From: Fidelibacterota bacterium
GTDB lineage: Bacteria > Fidelibacterota > Marinisomatia > Marinisomatales > Marinisomataceae
Assembly: GCA_029253045.1 (NCBI GenBank)
Contig: JAQXAG010000048.1
Coordinates: 1 to 61,518 of the forward strand
Length of the DNA stretch: 61,518 nucleotides
Direction of reading: 5' to 3'
Shown piece by piece: positions 25,280 through 34,200 of this stretch. Position 1 is the stretch's first letter, and every line of letters begins with the position of its first letter. A program made the position numbers and the translations under genes. The notes under the pieces are model-generated. The model ran no database searches. It worked only from the letters and a program-made list of their open reading frames with translations, and was not told where the DNA came from.

Positions 25280-25299
25280 CTGTTAAGGAATAAGGATAT

Positions 25300-28200
25300 A
25301 TGCCATTAAAAATACCAACAGTACAAGTAGGCCTTGAAAAGTCTATACAAAAAGCTGTAAAGAATGTTAGTTCTAGAGGCGGATTAAACTTATCTCTTAA
25401 TGATAGAAATTTTACTAGACCTTTAGGGAAGATAACTGGTTCAGTAAGCGAATTCAATAAATCACTAGAAGCTTCAAATGCTAGAGTTTTAGCTTTCGGC
25501 GCATCTGTAGGGATCATAAACGGTGTACAAACTGCATTTAAAGCATTATTGCAAACTACAATACAGGTAGAAAAACAGCTTACTGAAATTAACATCGTTA
25601 TGGGATTAACTAACTCTCAGTTAGATGATTTCTCAAAAGGACTTTTTAAAGTAGCTAAGAATACAGCACAATCTTTTTCAACTGTTGCAACTGCAGCAAC
25701 AGAACTAGCAAGACAAGGTTTGACGATGGAGGAAACCTTGAAAAGAACTAATGATGCCCTTATACTTACAAGGTTGACTGGCTTAGATGCTGCTAATGCA
25801 GTAAGCGGTTTAACTGCAGCTTTAAACACATTTAATAAAGCTGGTCTAGACTCCACCAAAATTTTAAGTAAAATGGCTGCGGTTGATGTTCAATTCGCAG
25901 TTAGTACTGAAGACTTGATTGATGCCGTGTCTAGAGCTGGTGCTGTAGCTCAAGATGCTGGTGTTAGTTTCGACCAACTACTAGGTGCTGTTACCGCAGC
26001 TCAACAACAAACAGCTAGAGGCGGTAAAGTTATAGGTAATAGTTTTAAAACTATATTTACTCGTGTGCAAAGATCTAGCACCATAAGTAGATTAGAAGAA
26101 TTGGGTATAGCAGTCAGAGATATAGCAGGTAATACATTACCAGCCATAACAGTTCTTGAAAATTTATCTAAAACATATGAAACTTTAGCTGACACTACGA
26201 AAGCTGCTGTTGCAGAGCAAGTGGGTGGAGTTTTTCAAATCAACATTTTAAAAGCTGCTATAAACGATTTGTCATCAGCAAACAGTATATTAGCTAGAGC
26301 CACTCAAATATCAGCCAGTGCAACAGACGAAGCTTATAAAAAGAACGAAATTCTGAATAGGTCGCTATCCGCATTATCTTCTCAAGCGGCATCGAGCATA
26401 AAAGAGCTTGCTAATTTAGTTGGAGATATTGGGTTTTCTGACCAAATTAGAGATTATCTAACTTTTATTAGAGATCAGGTTAGCGGAATATCAGACTTCC
26501 TGGGGCAAAAAGAAGGGGAGTCAGCTGGAGCAGATTTTGCAAAAGGATTAATTGCTGGAATAGGAAACGTAATAAGTGGGCCAGGTTTATTTTTAGCTGG
26601 AGCCGTCTTAATAAAACTTTTTGCAAAAACATCTCAATTTCTTCTTGGAAGTGCTAAAGAATTAATGGGTGTTGTAAGTGCTTCTCAAAAACAAAAAAGA
26701 ATACAAGAATCAATTGTTACAGTTCTTGGTGAAAATAGCAATTTACAAAGAAGAATATTATCTCAAGAAGGCAATAGAGCAGCTCAAGAAAAAACAATAC
26801 TCACTTTGCTTCAAGCCCAAAATAGAGAGCAACAAAGAATTGCTGCCGCTGCGAAAGCAATAGGGCCTTCGGTTTTAAGAGCGGGTTTTAATACGGGATT
26901 GAGTAAAGGGAAAAGCGGAGGGCATATACCTAATTATGTGTCTGCAGAAGAAAGGATAATGGAGAAACAGGGTGCGAGATCTGGAGGTTATTCCGCTGGT
27001 TCAGTGAAATCAATGAATGTTGGAGGAAGGGGTAGGGTAGTATATAATACAGCCGAAAAAGTTAAAAAATTTCCAGGACTTAGCGAACCAGCTATAATGC
27101 CGCCCCAGCAAAGTTCTGCAGGAAAAAAATACCAAAACAGTTTTGAACAAATACATGGATTTAATCCTTATAGCAATAAGGGTATGGTTCCAAATTATGC
27201 GAATCCTAGATCTAAAGTATTCGCTAAAGAAATGGGGGGAGGTCAAGTAGGAGGTCCACCCAGACAGGTTACTTTTACATCGATGGTAGGGTCTAAAAAG
27301 TTCGTCGATGCTCAAACGATGGAAATTCCAGTATCAGGATCTGATAAAATGGGGCTACAAGTTATTTTTACTGGAGACTCTCCGCAAAGCTTGAGAGGTC
27401 AAGGATATGGAACTGAACTTTATGAGCATATGGCTGGATATGCAAAGAAGAAAGGGTATGCTGGATTATACGGCGATATGGGAACATCTATTTCTGCCAT
27501 GAGAGTTATAGATAGTATAGCTAAAAGAAAAACTTTTAAAGTTGAAAAAGCTAAAGATCTTAAATTTCATAAAGATGATTTTGAAACAGAGGGAATGTGG
27601 GGTAGTGATGATTGGACATATAAACTATCCAGTCAAGGGAAAATACCTAATTATGCACTATCTAATACTCCAGTAGGAGCTGATTTCTTACTTGGCTTAA
27701 GTGCCGCTAGTCCAGCCAACTACAAAACGAGTACAATAGCTAAGTATGAAGCGCACAAAGATCCAACAAAACTTAATGACTTATTGTCCAGCCCCCAAAG
27801 AACACTTGAGGCGTTAAAGTATTTAGATAATAAAGGCTTAAACCAAGTAAAAGACTCAATGCTGTCTACTGGATTGCTAACAGATAGAGATTGGGAGTTA
27901 GTAAAACAAGGGGTTGGTAAAAAACCCGAAGGTAATATAGCGGATATTCTTAGGAAGACACCCGCTAGAGATTTGTTAAATTACATGTCTGGAAATACAG
28001 ATAGAATAAGCGGAAATATACCAGGAACATTTCTAAGGTTAATGGATAGAGATGAAAGAGATAAAATTGCTCTTGACATGATAGGAAGAACAGGAGTCTC
28101 TGGGGTTGTTAAAAAACAAGTTGGATTAATGGGCAAAAGCAAAAACAGAATGCGAGATGCTCAAATGGAAGTTATGTCATCAGACGTGCCAAGGTTAGCA

Positions 28201-31200
28201 TACAACCCAGAAAGAGGCATAACTAAAGCTAGAAGCCAGGGCTACTTGCTGGCTCAAATGTATAGGACAGGAAACCCTAGAGCTTCTCAACCATTTTATC
28301 CAGATTCATTTATTGATAGCAAGGGCGAGCTTAAGAAATTTAGAAAATTTGGAGATTTTTCAGAAAGACAAAATAGAATAAAGAAAATAGCAGACCAAAG
28401 AAGGATTGAATCCTCTTTTAGTTCAGGGCAAGGATCTTTAATGAGAGGAGCTGCATTAAACCAAAATTCAGGAAGAAATCTGTTGCTTTCTAACTTAGCC
28501 GCAGGAGGGGTAAGAAATCAAAAAGCAGTTCAAGATTTTGAACAGTTAATCTCCAGGGAACAAAACCCTTTAACAAGTAAACAAGCAATATCAAAAATTG
28601 CACCAAGTATAACACTGAATAAAGATTTAGAAGACTATTACAAAAAACTTAGAAAAAGATCAAGAGGTAGATTTGGTTTTAGTGACGGCATGATCCCCAA
28701 TTATGCGATGCGAATAGACCCTACAAAAATATCACCTTTTGCATCAAGAGCAAGGGCGGGAAAAATTAACTCTTCAAAACACGATGGAGTTATAGGAATG
28801 TCAAAACTCTCTGAGATATTAAATGGTAGATTATTTACATCCATAAAATACCAGAAATCAGGAGGAGGGGGAACTCAAGACCTTTTTCTCTCTGGGGCTA
28901 GGTCTGGTGTTCATAAATATAAAAAAGGAGCACCGCCTCCTGCTAAGTACACAAGCTATGCAGACATGGACGCTAAAACAGGAACAACGGTTGTTCATGC
29001 AAACTCTGCGGGAGTTGGAGAGAAAGGCTACAGAAGATTAAAACTAAATAGAGTAGACAGTGTAGTCTCGCAAGGTAAGCATTTTAAAGTTGATCCTAAC
29101 ATGGCTAATGCAGGAATGGTTCCTAATTTTATGCTTGGAAAAATAAGAACAGTGGCCCAGGCAGTGGGGATGTTTAAAAAGGATACTGGTTTATTTTCTG
29201 CTCTTTCAGGTAAAAACTTTTGGAGCAGAAGAACTAATTCTATAAAATTAAGAGAAAGTAATTATGACGAAGTAAGACAATTTATTAATAGTAGGTCTTT
29301 TAGATCGCTGCCAGAAGGCGAAAGAAATAAAATATTAAAAGACTTAAAAAATCAATCTGAAAATCTAAATGTAAACGATGTAACTAGATCTTATTTTCAA
29401 TATGGAGATCCTGATTATCAAGGAAGAATTCATGCTAGCTCAGGAGCTATACCAAATTATGCAAATCTATTTTCAGGTGGAGCTTCAAAAGTATTATCAA
29501 AAAACCCTCAATATGGTGGAGCTGTAAAAGACGCAATAGCTAGAGAAGCTTCTTTTGGGCTGACTCCTAGAGTGGTACAAGCTCCATCTTTAAGAAGCTC
29601 AAGAAATCCAGGGTTAGCTGTAGTAAACCAAGAACAAGAAGGAGGCAGGTTGTCTAATGCAAGAAAGTTGCATGGAGGTTTAAACCCTAACAAGAAAAGC
29701 TCTGCAATTCCTAATTATGCAATACAACCAGTTGGTTTAAGTGAAGTAATACAATCTAGAGTAGGAGCGTTAAGAGAGGTTGATGCTCTAGGCTTAGATG
29801 CTGTATCAAAATCTGCCGAGAGAGCTTCTCAAACAATTGATGAGCTTAGCGCAAGTACTCAGAAGGGAGAAGATTTCTTAAAACAACAATCTCAACAGTA
29901 TGCAAATTCTGCAGAATTAATAAAAGAAAATAACCTAAGGGAAAAGGCAAGGCTGGGAACTCTCAAGAGAGAGAGTGTTGAGAGAAAAAAATACATGAGA
30001 GAAACCTTTAGGAAAGATGCTTTAGGTTCTCTAGCTGGAACTGATGGCCCAATGGGAGATTTAGCAAAATCCCTACAAGGAGAAGGCTTCGAAAAAAATC
30101 TAAGAACTCAAATGGGGGTCGCACAACAATCAGGAGATGTAGAGACATTAAAAGGGTTAGAAAGATTGAATGATGCTATAGATAGAAGTGCTTCATCAGC
30201 CATGGATGACCCAAAAACTCAAGCAAAATTCCTAGAAGATAGTTTGAAGAAAGCCAGTAGAGACGAAAAAAGACTGGAAAGATTTAGAGGCACAAAAGGA
30301 TACGGACAAACAGAGCTTAAAAAGTTTTTTGCTCAAGAATTTCTATCTCAAAGAGGTGTTCAAACCACAGACCAAACACAAGCCTTAAGTGTTCTAAGCT
30401 CAATGGGACGAAGAGGACAAGAAGATTTTAAAGCTTTTACTCAAGAACAAGGAGTTTTATCTTCAAATAAGGCATTAGCCAGATCAGGATTAAGGACTGG
30501 GCAATTTGGAAGTTTAGTTAAAGGTGATGGATCAAACTTTATATCTAAACTTGAAAAATTTCAAAACAAATTAGATGCTGGGGAATCAACTAGATCTTTA
30601 AGAAAAGATTTATTTAGAGAAGCAGCTAAAGTAGGGAAAAATTCTGATTCAGCTCAAACCCTTCAAGCTATGGTTGCCAATACAAGACAGCAACAAAAGG
30701 AGGATAAACAACAAAAAAGAAGAGATGCACGAGCTCGCCTTGGTCAAAGACAATTACGACAAGGGGGTGGGTTTAGAGCATCTTTTCTTTCAGGAACTGG
30801 GGGATCAAACTTAAGATCTTCAGGAATTATAGGTGGACTTGGAAATAGATTAGGAAGAACTGCTGGAGCAGCTAGGGCTGGTGCAGGTAATTTTGTGAAG
30901 AGTGGTTTTGCTGGAGGATTTGGCGGGCAAGTTGGATTAGGTTTATCCATAGTAGCCCCTATGCTTGCTGGCATGATCGCCAATCAAACTCCAAGAGAAG
31001 ATAGAGCAACATTAAAAAACGGAAGGTTTGAGGTTGGGGGAACTGGTAAAGATATGGCATCCAGCACACTCATGGGAGTGGGAATGGGAGCTATTTTCGG
31101 AGCTCCTGGAGCTATAGCTGGAGGGTTTATAGGATTTATAAACTCAATGAAGAAAGCTACCCTCACTATAGATGAGCAAATTAGAGTAAGAGAAAAAGAA

Positions 31201-34200
31201 ATAGCTTTAATAGGTCAAAACATGCAAGCCGCACAATCAATACAAAACCTTTCAACATCCAGAGCTCAAGCTTTAGCAACTGGAGATATGGATAAAGTGG
31301 CAAATGTAGATACCGCAATGAATCAAGCTTTAGCGGGAGTTAATGATATTGATACTCTTAAGAGGTTAGCTTCTGCTGGGGGAGATAATGATGCATTATC
31401 TCAAATACAAAGAGGTTTACAAGACCAAATGACTAATGCCGTCAGTGTTCAAAACTTCGGGGTAGCTCTTAAAAATTCAGACCAAGTCAAAGCTGCAAAA
31501 AATGCTGGTGTTGCAATGGGGTCAATGATTGCTCAAGCTATTAGAAATGAAGATATGGACGAAGGTACTGCATTAGAAACCTTGAGAAACATACAAACAA
31601 GTACTGCAGAAAAAGAAGGTATGGGAATGCTTGACACGAAAAGCCTTAATTCTCTAAGAAAACGAGCTGAGGGGGCTCAAGGGATGACGAGTCCAGGTAC
31701 ATTGGGAGGAGCAGGGGTTGGGCTTGCGGCAGCAGGAGGATTGGCTTTAGCGGGTGTTGCGACTGGAGGAGCAGCCTTAGTAGTTGCCGCTCTACTTGCG
31801 GGCGGCGGAGCTTTAGCTGGAAGAGGAATCGAAAGCTCTATGGCGGAAGGTGATTTGGAAGATGCGCAAAAACTTGGATTAGATGAAATAAACGAGCTTT
31901 CTAAGTTAGTTGAAGCTGGAGCTATGACCGAAGTTCAAATGCAACAATTAACGGCTGCATTCAGAGAGGGAGAAATAAGTATAGGTGATATAGCCAAAGA
32001 AGCTGAAGGAGCTGTAATAGAATTTCAAAAAATTAAAAAAGCATCAGATAGAGCTAGCGAAGCATTATTCAATATAGATCAAACTTTTAAAAGAACTATA
32101 TCTAAAATGGCGGTAAGTTTAGAGGTTGACAAAATAAGATCTGGAGCTAAATCTTCGGTAGACAGATCTAATGCTAATTTTTCCTCTCAATTCATGTCTG
32201 GTAAAGATGCCTCATCTTTTCTAGGTAGAAGGCAAAGCAAGATACTAGCAAACGATGCTTCTGCGAGAATAGGTCAATTTTCAAGAGAGACAGATATAGG
32301 ATTCTTAAGAGACGTAAAAGCAAAGAGTAAAAATTTAAACTTTGGAGGTCCTCAGATGGAATTCATAAGAAAGACCGTTGAAGAAAGTGGTGTTGCACCA
32401 ATAGAATCAATGGTAAGATCCAGAAAAATGGATGGGGTAATGAACCTTAATTTAGACACAGGAAGACTAGATGATATATTTGAAGCACTTGGTGTTCAAG
32501 GTGGAGTGGAGAAGTTTCAAGCGAATAGTAGTATCACTATGCCTGAAAATATTAATGACTTAGCAGGGTCTCTTGGAACCAATAATAAAGAAGAGCAAAA
32601 AAGAATAGTAGATGAAATAATACAAAATCTACCTGAAATCAGAAAAACAGGGGAAATGCAGACTAGTTTCACTAGGGAGCTTGCAGAGCCTGATGCAAAA
32701 ATGCTTACAGAAATCTTAGACTCAAGAAAAGAGCAGTTTCAAATAATACAAGAACAAATATTGGCTGAGAGGAAAAACTTAAGCGTTCAGATAGCTCAAA
32801 ATAATATTCAATCACACATACAAAATGATTTAGAATTACTTCAGAGGGAAATGGAAAATAGAGCTATGGCTGAAGAGACTAAACTTTTAGGAATAAAAGG
32901 AAGATCTCAAACAACCAAGTCCTTCGCTTCATTTGAAGGCGGAGAAATGTTTAGAGGAATGAATTCTGATAGTGAGGAGAATTCCAGGCAGGCAAAATTA
33001 AGAAAGCAAATTTTTGACGAGGATATGAAAGTGAGAAAGGCTGAAGCTTTAAACGCTTTGAAAAGAGAAGCTCAAAAAATACTTTCGGAGAAAAATCTTA
33101 TTAATGCATTGAACGATTTAAAAAGTTCTATAGATGAACAACTTGATGAAGCAGCAAAAGAGGGAGACATTTCTCAAGGTCAAGGAGGAGGATTATTGGT
33201 AGACAAAGGAGGGCAAGGCGGGGGAGCTGCAGGAGTTGGCAAAAGGCTTTCCGTGTTCAAGTCAGTAGAGGGTAGTTCAAAGATAAATGATCAAATACAA
33301 AAAGAAGGAACCCAAATAACAAATAAAAAGTCAGAAATAAAAACTATAAATGCAAAAAAAGAAAAACAAGTAAGCACGCAAAACAAAAAAGAAACAGAAA
33401 TAAAGACAATAACAGATTACCTGAATAGGGTTAGCTCTGCTAATAAACTGCCAGAAAATAAAGTTTTTTCAAAAAATGGGTTTAGTCTTGGTAATATACA
33501 AAGAATTAATTTAAGAGAGAGTGCTCTTGACGACATAAGAGATGACCTTAAAAGAGACCCTAAAATGAGTGCTCAGTTAGCTCAAACAACATACTCGGAA
33601 GGCGGCGATGGATTCGATGATGGAGGTGTGGTCCAAAGGACTAGAGATGCTACCGCAGGCGAAATGTCAGGCAGGCTGAAAGAATTGCTAGGCGAAAGAG
33701 AAAATGAGCTTAAGGCGGCTACCGAAAAAGTAGCAAAAAGAGATACTGACATAGCAGCACTAGAAGCTGACATACAAACAAGAGAAGAAAGAATAAAGAA
33801 ACTAGAAGAGAATTTGAGAGGTAGTGTTGTAGAATTAAGCGATGTTTTAAAAGGTCAGAACATAAAATTAGAAAAGATAAATTTAATAAACACAAAAGAG
33901 TTACAAGATAAAATTCAAGGAGCTACAAATTTAGAAGAAGTAACATCGGTTTTCGAATCAGAAATAAAAAGGCTAGGAGAAGGAAGGGTTGATGAGGTTA
34001 TTAGTGCAAGAATAAAGACATTAACCGAAGTCATGAAAAGCTTAAATTCAGGGCTGACCGAAGCAGAAAGAGGATTCAATGTAGCAGAAGCTCAAAGAGC
34101 AATGGAAGATTTTAATAGTAATTTAAATTTTTCTTCATATTCAAAATCTTCTTTTAATAGCATTAGAGGAATGGACAATGTAAATATTAGATCTATGGCT

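Noticed and set aside
30720-31830. G+C-rich patches inside the TMP gene as foreign insertions
   Set aside because: They encode Gly/Ala-rich hydrophobic segments (GGFGGQVGLGLSIVAPMLAGMI; GAGVGLAAAGGLALAGVATGGAALVVAALLAGGGALAG) typical of TMP membrane-active regions. Amino-acid composition explains the nucleotide bias.
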